The notes below the pieces were generated by a model. That model did no database searches and had not been told where the DNA came from. It worked only from the letters and a program-made list of their open reading frames with translations. From NCBI GenBank assembly GCA_030390025.1, contig CM059432.1, positions 46,564,001 to 46,628,000 on the forward strand: DNA of 64,000 nt. Direction: 5' to 3'. This document shows, one piece after another, positions 26,632 to 37,002 of this stretch (its first letter is position 1; each line of letters opens with the position of its first letter). Position numbers and translations under genes: made by a program. This DNA is from Squalus acanthias. Its lineage: Eukaryota.

Positions 26632-28485
26632 GGCCGGAATTTTGCGGGGGGTCAGCGGGCGCGATTGGTGGCGAGTCAGGTGGGAAAGTGTTTCCCAATG
26701 TCGGGTCTGTCAGCGCTGAGCGGACCCAATTCAGGTAATTAGTAGCTTGTTTAGAGCCATTTAAGAATGATTTTCAGCTTACCTTATGCATTTGACAGCT
26801 CGCCCACGGGGTGCACGCTGCTCGGGGATCACGTCTGTCAAGTGGATGTGGGAGTTTGGTGGCCATTGAACCAGCGGTTCAGTTGACAGCTTCAACTGTA
26901 AAGTAAAAGCTCCCACCTTAGAAATATCTTCCCTCAGCCATAAGCTGTTCCTCATTGCATTTCCACAAAAGATTCACCATGCTGCAAGTCTTTACATAGA
27001 GTAATAATGGCAGAGAAGGAGGCCATTCGGCTCATCGAGTCCATGCCGGCTCTCTGCAGAGCAATCCAGTCAGTCCCATTCCCCCACTCTATTCCCGTAA
27101 CCCTGCAAGTTTATTTCCCTCAAGTGCCGCTCCAGTCTCCCCTTGAAAACATTGTGTGTCTCGGCTTCCACCACTTCTGTCGGCAGCGAGTTCCAGGTCC
27201 TCACGAGTCTCCATCCAGTCTGACCTCATTACCTCTCACCATTGACAGATTGCTTCTGTCATCTCTACTTCACCTGCCATCTAATCCATCAGCGTGGGTG
27301 CCCTTTATACTCTCACCTTGGTCCTCAGAATCCCACCACGATCAGCCCCAACACCACCAACCTTCTCCGCAATCACCTGATGCTGCACAGGACAGAGGGC
27401 ATCAGCACCTGACCACATTGCTGCCCAGGAGACCAGGGATGGCCTCACCATGGCCAGATTTACTTCACTTGACCCTGGTTGCCACATGATGCACCAGGTT
27501 GGCACCACCCCACACCAACACCATAAAGCATCCCTACAATGCCCAAGCCATTCCTTTCACACTCATCACCATTGCGGGGGGTACCGTTATGTCTCACCAT
27601 TCACTGCAACTCACTAAGCCACTTCCAAAGGTGCACACAAATCTGTCCAAGAACGCAAAGTGTTAAAAATAAAGGTTTCAATGTTTGACAGCACATTAAC
27701 AGAAACTTCACATGAACATTGCAAAGAACACACAAGTACCTACCCTTGTGTGTTGTTAGTTGATATGATTGCACTAGGATGAGGGTAAGTGTGAGGGGTG
27801 GCTAGTGAGATGGGGATGTGATAATATAGATAGAGAGGGATGGGTGGAGATGCAAGGTAAGTTGGTCTGAGTAAGGATATGCAAGGAGTAGGGTAGGGAA
27901 GGCAGAGTGATGGGGATGGGATGAGAGGCACAGCAGGATGAGGTTGCGTGTGGCTTTGAACCACCGTTTCGTGATCTACTGAGATCATTGAAATGTTTGC
28001 GCCACTGCACCCAGGTCCTCCTGACCACATCCCTGCTTGTGTCCTCCTCTGCAATTTGCACCCGGGCTGTGTTGATATCCTGGGGAGGTCTCTTCCACCC
28101 ATGAGAAGGCAAGAGGGCCTCCCTACGTGCCTTGACTCCCTCCATAAACATATGGAGGGAGTCATGGGAGAGCCTGGGTGCAGCCCTGTGCCTTTGTGCA
28201 GTGCTTGTCAGTGTTTGCAGCACCTCAATGCTGCAGGACACTGACAGCACAAATGTCAAAATATATTTGGTCATGGTCCTTTTAAGGAAACCGGCTGACG
28301 ACGCGTCATCAAGTGACGTCACCAGACCCGCTTCCTCTAATTGGACTGGGAAACATGCTGCACGGCTTAACAAGCCCAATCAAGGTAAATTCATTTCACA
28401 GAGCGGGATGGAGCCAGCAGCAGGGTCGGGACCCGCCACCGACGTCGCCCACCACGAACCCGCCAAGGTCAGCAAAATCGCGGCC
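26632..28485 (-). mobile_element. Non-autonomous Harbinger element (1854 bp) with Myb/SANT remnant
   Basis: TIRs GGCCGGAATTTTGC / GCAAAATCGCGGCC; perfect TSD AAC. Minus-strand RAAPRLSHDSLHMFMEGVKARREALLP...RTWVQWRKHFNDLSRS. Homologous to 61312-63099. Confidence 0.88.
26995..27205 (-). mobile_element. CR1 3' tail inserted within the Harbinger derivative
   Basis: Matches the 3' end at 52241-52400 (GAAGGAGGCCATTCGGCTCATCGAGTCC...). Not seen in the sister copy 61312-63099. Confidence 0.8.
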
Positions 28486-28739
28486 AACCTTACAGATCTG
28501 TCAATGCTTTTCTAGCAAAACTATACCTCAGCAAGCACATATTCAAGTGAGAATATGCATCTGAAAGCCTTACCATACTCACATCTTTCATGGGGTTCCC
28601 ACATTAAATTATTATGACACAACTTAGCCGCATGCTCACGTACTGGTACACAGGTTGGTCCGCACTTCAGGTACAAGCCTGCCGCTGGTCTTGGGCATCT
28701 TCAGCCTCCAGTATCACAAGACTACTTTTTTACTTGTAT

Positions 28740-28850
28740 GACAAGGTGGCAAAAAATTCAAGGGAATAGGGCCCATCTCGAGAAAGGCTCATGAATCACA
28801 GGCCATTGACTCCCTTGGAGGAAGTCACGTTGGGCATCCTGGATGGAGCG
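28740..28850 (+). pseudogene. Remnant of Harbinger Myb-gene exon 2
   Basis: Translates KVAKNSRE*...LTPLEEVTLGIL; compare KIAHNRRE...LDLKE*VLRLVG at 47231. Confidence 0.45.
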
Positions 28851-28997
28851 AGTTGGGAAAGATGAATCAACAGCCCTCTTCCAAGATCAATTGTTCTAAT
28901 CTTGCTCTTGTGTCTTGTTTCCTTTCTCAATCAACCCCACACAGGAAGGCACACAACCATATAGACATCACAATGCCTTGCAATGCAAGCTCTGTTT

Positions 28998-30651
28998 TGT
29001 AAGGGATTCTGACCCTGCGTGTCTCGCAGCCTGTGAGATTCACGCGGCTCTGTGCAGCCTGTATGTCAGTGCGGGTCTAGGCCTTGTTGCCTGTTCTGGT
29101 CTCCAGCCAGTCTGGGAACACTAGACACACCTGTGAGTGGTTCGAATCACTCTCCCTTACGGTTCTAGACACTGGACTTAGATGCGAGAGCAGTAATGGA
29201 GATGAAACTCATGTAGACTTGGTTTGAATGGTACGAAATGGAAAATCTTTATTGCATGATACTTAAGATTATGAAATACATGCCATAAGCACAGATTAAT
29301 GACAGTACAATCTTACAAACAGTTATATAGTCGATCTTAGGGAAACGAGGAACGAACGGCACAAAGTAAATAGGGGCACACATTACAAATATCCTTAATC
29401 CTTAAACCCTCCCCTATCAATATCTATCCTAAACTAGATTCGTAGGATTTCGAGACTCATGCTCACCACTCGTGATAACTCGGAGAAATTCCGAAGCTGA
29501 TCGGATGTTTTTCACCGCAGCACCCACGTGTCGGTCAGGAGATCTCCTGGTCCCACTTGTTTACTTGCTTCTGCTGCTCCGGCTAGCAGGCTGGAACGTC
29601 TGCTGTGATGAAGATCTGTATTGGTGGCTTTCACATTCCAGTTACTTTGGGCACAGTCCAGTTATCATCGATGCAATATGTTTCGTTATAAGTTCGAAGA
29701 AGTCTTCCTGGCAAGGAAAAACTTGGATAATCGACCTACAGGCGCGGTCGGGATTTACTGACCGTGGTGATGGATATGGTCTTCCTCTCTTCTCATCTCA
29801 TCTCATCTCGGGCCTTTGGTTCCGCTACCGGTTACCAATATAGGTCTTCGTTACGCGACACGAGGTAGATCCGAACGGATCAGAAAGTTCAACAGTCTTT
29901 TCAGAAGAGGCAACAGGCAAGCAGGAGCGAGCCCAACTACGAGTACACAGGAGCAGCCACGAGGTTACGAATCGACCGGATAAGAGCACAGGAGCAGCCA
30001 CGATGATAAGAGCAGCAAGAAAGAGAATGGACGGTTTGGAGCCTGCAATTATAGTGCAAAATCTTCCGTTTCCCGCCCAACTATAATGTCCATTCTTTTG
30101 TTTAGGGTTTGGCGCTCAAATGTCTTGTATGGGTGATCTCCGTTCTTAATGGGTTTCGGGGCTACTCGTAAATGCCTGAGTACCTGTTAATATTTCTCCC
30201 ATTGTTAAATCGGTCGGTGTTCTCCCTGGAGGGGTTTGGGGCTTCCAAGTGTCCTGTATAACTACCTGCTAACGGCTCTCTCATCGTAGAGTCGTTGGGA
30301 TTTTACATATTAATGTCTTTTGGATGGGTTTGATTACTCGGTACAATGGCTTTCCTTTGTACCTGGGAGACCGATTTCAGTATCTATGTGTATACTGTAA
30401 ACCCATAATGTCTCGTGTATTATCTTCACTGTGCTGAATCTTAATCGATCTTGCACAAATGTTTATTGGAACGCCATCTTGTCTGCCTGTTGAAAAGTCT
30501 AGAATGTTCTGTCACGAGGTGCGGCGGCCATTTTACAGGCTGCTTGTGTCCACTTTAAACCTGCCAGCATTCTACTGAAATAAAAGCTGTTTGAACGAAA
30601 CTCTGTGTTTTCTCCTTATTAATAAAATCGCGATATATTGCGAATTCTACA
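28998..30651 (-). mobile_element. Long solo LTR (1654 bp), ERV- or Gypsy-type
   Basis: TGTA...TACA termini; 4-bp TSD GTTT at 28994-28997 and 30652-30655. Minus-strand GC box, CGGAAG and TATAATT (about 30047-30078) and AATAAA (29248-29253). CpG-rich. Confidence 0.8.
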
Positions 30652-30907
30652 GTTTGAAGGTATGTTGTAGAACCAATATTCTAAAATTGTCTTCCTTTGC
30701 AGTCATTGACAGCCTGGAAGAGCAGCCTGCCAGGGCTGTGATACTGACTTCCTTCCTGGACTGTGATTTCCCAGTAGGCCTGTCAATAAACTGGCTACTG
30801 TTCCACCCAGCCTATGGTATGGGATTAAAGAGAATCTCCTTCTTTTCAGAAAATGAATGGAGGCCAGCTTGGCTATAGGGCCTCAGATGAGACAATTGAC
30901 AATCATT

Positions 30908-31826
30908 GGCCGGAATTTTCTCCAGGTAGACGGGTTGGGGGCAGGGCCTCCGAGGCAGGCAGGAAACCCGAGAGGCCGGGTTTCCCGCAGGCCCTGCCGA
31001 CTTTAATGGCAGGGCCTGATTTGCATTTGAGGCCTCGGATTCCCGCCCACAGCCAGCCAGATTGAAAGACTGGCTGACTGAGGGCGGGTAGGCCTGCAGA
31101 TGCGGAGAGGGAGCAAGTGGTCAATGCGGGGTAGGGATTGTGGGTGGTGGTTGGGGGGGGAGGGGGGTGTCGGGGATCAGCTGGCTTGGTTGGGGATCAG
31201 CAGGGAGGAGTCGGGGATCGGCTGTGACTCGGTCGAGGATTGCGGGGGGAGGGTTCGGGGATCGGCAGGGGAGGATCAGGGATTGGGGGGTCGGGGATCG
31301 GTAGTGGGGGTCAGCCGGGATTGGGGATTGGCGGAGTGTGGGGGGGTCGGCCGGGGAGAGAGGATCGGGGCCGGCCACCAGAGGATTGTGGCCGGCCTCA
31401 GCATCATCGCTGGGGTGGAGGCGCAAGGCCACATGGTGGGGATCAGAGGCCTGGGAAGATGACCGGAGGCCTCATGAGGGGGGGTCTCGGATCGCAGGGG
31501 GTGGGCTCGGCAGGGATCCTGGATTGAGGAGGTAGGTATAAAACCAGTTACCTCCTGGATCCAGCAGTCCCTGCCTCGGTTTAACTGCCGGGTTTCACGA
31601 ATTGTGTGAAACCCGTCCACAGGCAGTTAAATTCAAAATGGAGGTTAAAAAAAAGAGGCTTCCAGCTTCATTATAATATTTAAATTGCTGTACCGCCCCC
31701 GGGAGTGGGTTGGTCGGTTAAAACTGGAAGTGGGTGGATTGGAGGCGGGATCAAGTCGGGAATTCCATTTTTAACACTTTAACTGCCCCCACACCCCACC
31801 CATTTTTTTAGGGGAAAATTCTGGCC
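30908..31826. mobile_element. Non-autonomous Harbinger-type element (919 bp) with G-rich core
   Basis: TIRs GGCCGGAATTTTC / GAAAATTCTGGCC; perfect TSD ATT; internal degenerate GGGGATCG repeats at about 31130-31530. Confidence 0.85.
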
Positions 31827-31946
31827 ATTGTATCAGTATGGAATAGACTGTGGGCTATGGCATTCCACTCACTGGCCTGTTAGACATTAATACATATCTT
31901 TAATGCCTGCAGCCTATGGCATTTTTTATCCCTGTGCAAACTCACT

Positions 31947-32778
31947 GGGGGTTAAATTGGATAACCCCCGAAAATTGGCACAGGGATCGTGATTCACCTA
32001 AACATATTGCACGATCCTTTCTCTTTCTTGCAGGAGAAAGTGGCGCACAACAGGAATTAACGGGAGGGGGAGAGGCACGCCTGCATGTTTTTACCCCAAT
32101 GGAGGAGACAGTGCTAACCATTATGGGAAGAGGCATTTCTGAGATTCCTTCTCCACCTCCTCCTCTTCCCTCTTCTAGCAGCTTGTCCTGCTCTGCATGG
32201 CCTCTACTCATTCTCCCAGTCATGTTCAATTCCAAAAGGAAGTCCTACTAGACCACCCATATGTGGTAGCAACTTGTTTGTGCACAAGCCTTTAAGTCAC
32301 AAAAAATGTACTTCAGCACCAGCCAGACCACTCCCTGCAGACTACTGATATTTTTTTTTTTTAACAAGTATGGAAAAGCACCCAAATTGCGTAGAATTGC
32401 AGCAACAGCCAGAAGAAATACTTCAGCAACTAGCCTGCAAGTAGTTGATGATCCCTTTAAATAGTGCTGGTGGGGGGACCTTCATGCCATTTAACGTCGT
32501 GTTCAGCTGTGCGAGATTAAGAGAGGGCGTAAGCTGGAGCATGGAGCTCCAAAATGGCAGCGCTGCTGTCAAATCAGCGTTACATGCTGATTGACCCTAT
32601 GGTCTGCCTGCTCTGCATGCTGCCAGCGGTTTTTAGGTGCGTGTGCACTAACCACTTTACGAAGAAGGCGTCCGGCGCACTTCCTGTTGGAAGTGTGCGC
32701 GCGTTGTGGTTGCCATTTTCGTGGTTTAAGAGGCCTTGTGACCAAACAATGGGTGCTACAGAGCTCAATTTTGCCCCC
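31947..32778 (+). mobile_element. Non-autonomous Harbinger element (832 bp) with Myb exon-2 remnant
   Basis: TIRs GGGGGTTAAATTG / CAATTTTGCCCCC; perfect TSD ACT; acceptor TTTCTTGCAG followed by EKVAHN...GGGEARLHVFTPMEETVLTIMG. Confidence 0.82.
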
Positions 32779-33130
32779 ACTTTGTCTTAAAATATTAGAT
32801 GTAAACATAACTCAATCACAAAAACCTTTTTGTGAAAAAAAATGATGCAACGTCACAAGCATGACACTTGTATTAGGATATTTCTTTGGGTCAGACACCT
32901 TTTGAACATCAAAAATAAAACAAAATACTGAAGATGCTGGAAATCTAACATAACAAGCCTTGCCAACCCTGCTTCACATCTCTCTCCTTCAATCACAACA
33001 CATTTCAATTCATTTCCTCTGCTTCCACTTGCACACTCTGCACCTGCTCTTGCCCTCACAATTTCTGGTCCCTCTTCCCCACACCCGCTATCCCTTTCTC
33101 TCACCATGCAATCTATGCTAAGCTGCCACA

Positions 33131-33475
33131 GACAACAACAATTTGTATTTATATAGCACCTTTAACGTAGTAAGACGTCCGAAGGCACTTCACAGGAGTG
33201 TTACAAGACAAAATTTTGACAGAGTCACATTGTGAAAAATTAGGGCAGATGACCAAAAGCTTGGTTAAAGAGGTAGGTTTTAAGGTGCATCATAAAGGAG
33301 GAAAGAGGTAGAGGCGGAGAGGTTTAGGCAGGGAATTCCAGAGCTGAGGGCCTTGGCAGCTGAAGGCCCGGCCACCAAAGGTTGAGCGATTGTAATCAGA
33401 GATGCTCAAGAGGGCAGAATTAGAGGAGCGCAGATATCTTGGGGGGTTGTGGGGCTGGAGGAGATTACAGAGTTA
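33131..33475 (-). mobile_element. L2 LINE 3' end (continues at 34955)
   Basis: (CAA)n tail and L2 3' sequence, interrupted by a CR1. Confidence 0.88.
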
Positions 33476-34954
33476 CATAGAAACATAGAAGATAGGAGCA
33501 GGAGTAGGCCATTCGGCCCCTCGAGCCTGCTCCACCATTCAATGCGATCATGGCTGATCATCCAAATTCAGTACCCTGTCCCTGCTTTCTCCCCATATCC
33601 CTTGATCCCCTTAGCCTTAAGAAATATATCTAACTCCTTCTTGAATATATTTAATGAATTGGACTCAACTGTCTTTTGTGGTAGAGAATTCCACAGGTTC
33701 ACACTCTCTGGGTGAAGAAATTCCTCCACATCTCAGTCCGAAATGACTTACCCCTGGTTCTGGACTCCCCCGCCATCGGGAACATCCTTCTTGCATCTAG
33801 TCTGTCTAATCCTGTTAGAATTTCATAAGTTTCAATGAGATCCCCTCTCATTCTTCTAAACTCTAGCGAATACAAGCCCAATCGACCCAATCTCTCTTCA
33901 TACGTCATTCCTGCCATCCCAGGTATCAGTCTGGTGAATCTTCGCTGCACTCCCTCCATGGCAAGAGCATCCTTCCTCAGATAAGGCGACCAAAACTGCA
34001 CACAATACTCAAGGTGTGGTCTCACCAAGGCCCTGTACAACTGCAGCAAGACATCTTTGCTCCTGTATTCGAATCCTCTCGCTATGAAGGCCAACATACC
34101 ATTTGCCTTCTTAACCACCTGCTGCACCTGCATGCTTACCTTCAGCGACTGGTGCACAAGGACACCCAGGTCTCGTTGCACTTCCCCTTTTCCCAATCTA
34201 TTGCCGTTCAGATAATAATCTGCCTTCCTGTTTTTGCCACCAAAGTGGATAACCTCGCATTTATCCACATTATACTGCATCTGCCACGCATTTACCCAAT
34301 CACCCAACCTGTCCAAATCATACTGGAGTTTCTCTGCATCCTCCTCACAGCACACACGCCCACCCAGCTTTGTGTTGTCTGCAAACTTGGAGATATTACA
34401 TCTAGTTCCCTCGTCTAGATCATTAATATATATTGTGAATAGCTGGGGTCCTAGCACCGATCCCTGCGGTACCCCACTAGTCACTGCCTGCCACTCGGAA
34501 AAAGACCCATTTATTCCAACACTTTGCTTCCTGTCCGCCAACCAGTTTTCTATCCAAGTCAGTACCTTACCCCCAATCCCATGTGCTTTAACTTTGCACG
34601 CTAATCTCTTATGCGGGACCTTATCGAAAGCCTTCTGAAAGTCCAAATACACCACATCCACTGGTTCTCCCTTATCTATTCTACTAGTTACATCCTCAAA
34701 ACATTCCAGTAGATTAGTCAAGCATGATTTACCTTTTGTAAATCCATGTTGACTTTGTCCGATCCTGTCACTGTTTTCCAAGTGCTCTGCTATTACATCT
34801 TTTATAATGGACTCTAGCATTTTCCCCACTACCGATGGCAGGCTTACCGATTTATTATTCCCCGTTTTCTCTCTACCACCTTTTTTAAATAGTGGGGTTA
34901 CATTAGCCACCCTCCAATCCATGGGAACTGTTCCAGAGTCTGTAGAATTTTGGA
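33476..34954 (-). mobile_element. Young CR1 LINE (RT to 3' end) inserted into L2
   Basis: ORF 33699-34976 spans the RT domain uninterrupted but has FADNT in place of FADDT; flanked by AGTTA at 33471-33475 and 34955-34959. Confidence 0.93.
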
Positions 34955-35780
34955 AGTTAGGGAAGGGCGAGGCCATGGAGGGATTTGAACACCAGGATGA
35001 GAATTTTAAAATTGAGGCGTTGTTGAACTGGGAGCCAATGTAGGTCGGCGAGCAGAGGTGATGGGTAAACAGGACTTGGTGCGAGTTAGGACACGGGCAG
35101 CCAAGTTTTGGATGACCTCAAGTTTACGTAGGGTAGAATGTGGGAGGCCAGACAGGAGTGCATTGGAATAGTCAAGTCTAGAGGTAACAAAGGCATGGAT
35201 GAGGGTTTCAGCAGCAGATGAGCTGAGGCAAGGGCGGAGACGGGCAATGTTACGGAGGTGGAAATAGGCGGTCTTGCTGTGGATACGTGGTCGGAAGCTC
35301 ATTTCAGAGTCAAATATGACAGCAAGGTTGCAAACAGTGTGGTTCAGCCTCAGACAGATGCTAGGGAGAGTGATGGAGTCGGTGGCTAGGGAATGGAGTT
35401 TGGGGCAGGGATCGAAAACAATGGCTTCGCTCTTCCCAATATTTAATTGGAGAATATTTCTGCTCATCCAATACTGGATGTCGTTCAAGCAGTCTGACAA
35501 TTTAGAGACCGTGGAGGGGTCGAGAGAAGTGGTGGTGAGGTAGAGCAGTGTGTCGTCAGCGTACATGTGGAAACTAACGCTGCGTTTTAAGATGAATTGC
35601 TGAAGGGCAGCATGTAGATGTGAAATAGGAGGGGGCCAAGGATAGATCCTGGGGGACACCAGAGGTAACAATGCGGGAGTGGGAAGAGAAGCCATTGCAG
35701 GTGATTTTCTGGCTACGATTAGATAGATAAGGATGAAACCAGGTGAGTGCAGTTCCACCCAGCTGGACGACAGTGGACGA
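34955..35780 (-). mobile_element. L2 LINE RT fragment
   Basis: FHMYADDTLLY, LQLNIGKSE, AYFHLRNIARLRP and SRLDYSNALL in ORF 35006-35854. Confidence 0.9.
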
Positions 35781-35789
35781 AGACATCTT

Positions 35790-36220
35790 AACATAGAAAC
35801 ATAGAATCTAGGAGCAGGAGTAGTCCATTCGGCCCGTCGAGCCTGCTCCACCATTCAATACGATCATGGCTGATCATCCAAATCCAGTACCCTGTCCCTG
35901 CTTTAATCCCCACAGTACACATATCCCACCCTACCCCCGTAACCCCACATATTTAATTCCCCCTAACATATCCCATCCTATCCCCATAACCCTACATATT
36001 TAATCCCCCCCTAACACTAAGGGTCAATTTATCATAGCCAAATCAACCTAACCCGCACATTTTTGGACTGTGGGAGGAAACCGGAGCACCCGGAGGAAAC
36101 CCACGCAGACACGGGGAGAATGTGCAAACTCCACACAGACAGTCACCCGAGGTCAGATTCGAACCCGGGTCTCTGGCGCTGTGAGGCACCAGTGCTAACC
36201 ACTATGCCACCGTGTTGCCC
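35790..36220 (-). mobile_element. HE1-like (V-SINE) tRNA-derived SINE with CR1-derived tail
   Basis: Minus strand GGGCAACACGGTGGCATAGTGGTTAGCAC...GGTTCGAATC, V-domain TGTGTGGAGTTTGCACATTCTCCCCGTGTCTGCGTGGG, CR1 3' tail; TCTT on both flanks. Confidence 0.92.
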
Positions 36221-36275
36221 TCTTCATATCCCTTCAACAGACCACCCACTTACACGCTCCTACTCCCTTCTCACA

Positions 36276-36470
36276 GGACAAGCTGATGCACAACAAGGGG
36301 GAGCTCTCCAGATCTGGAGGAAGGCCACCATCTATCCAAGTGCTCATACCAATGGAGAAGCTGGCAATCAATGTAATGGGCAGAGGAACATGTCTAGACA
36401 TCCAGATGCTGTGGTTCTTGCGTCAATGGATGCAGACATTGTGGCTGCACATTGCTACAAATGTTCACTT
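36276..36470 (+). pseudogene. Remnant of Harbinger Myb-gene exon 2
   Basis: Acceptor CTTCTCACAG, then DKLMHNKGELSRSGGRPPSIQVLIPMEKLAINVMG. Confidence 0.55.
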
Positions 36471-36530
36471 GAGTTGGATTCCCTGAAGAGACTGGGAATG
36501 ATCGCATGAGACGAGTCAGAAGTAGGTAGG

Positions 36531-36658
36531 CCATGATGCGGAGATGCCGGTGTTGGACTGGGGTGGACAAAAGTGAGAAGTCGCACAACACCAGGTTATA
36601 GTCCAACAGTTTTATTTGAAATCACAAGCTTTCGGAGCTGCTGCCCCTTCTCACTTTT
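36531..36658 (-). mobile_element. Short Penelope-like insertion with 12-bp target duplication
   Basis: GAAGTAGGTAGG at 36519-36530 and 36659-36670; minus strand GAAGGGGCAGCAGCTCCGAAAGC (partial hammerhead core); 13-bp internal inverted repeat. Confidence 0.75.
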
Positions 36659-37002
36659 GAAGTAGGTAGGGCATTGCGCTACACTGGCCTGAATCCGATG
36701 ATGTGAGGCTCGCACAATTTTGAGGTGCATGCCTCATTTTCATAGGAAGGGTGAACCGCCAGCAATACTCGCGCTTGTAATTGGCAGGTTAAAATCGGAA
36801 CTTGCGGGACCTTGGCAGTTAATTCCTGCTGGTGATTTAAACTGCCCACCCATTCGGTTTCCACCGATTTAATAAAACTGACCCTGGAGTGTGGATGGAG
36901 TGTCTAATTCCAGTCAGCCTACACATACTTAAATTGAAAGGTAATGATGATGATGATGATGGCGCAGCTAGAGCTGGTAATATTGCACTAACGCGTATGT
37001 TA

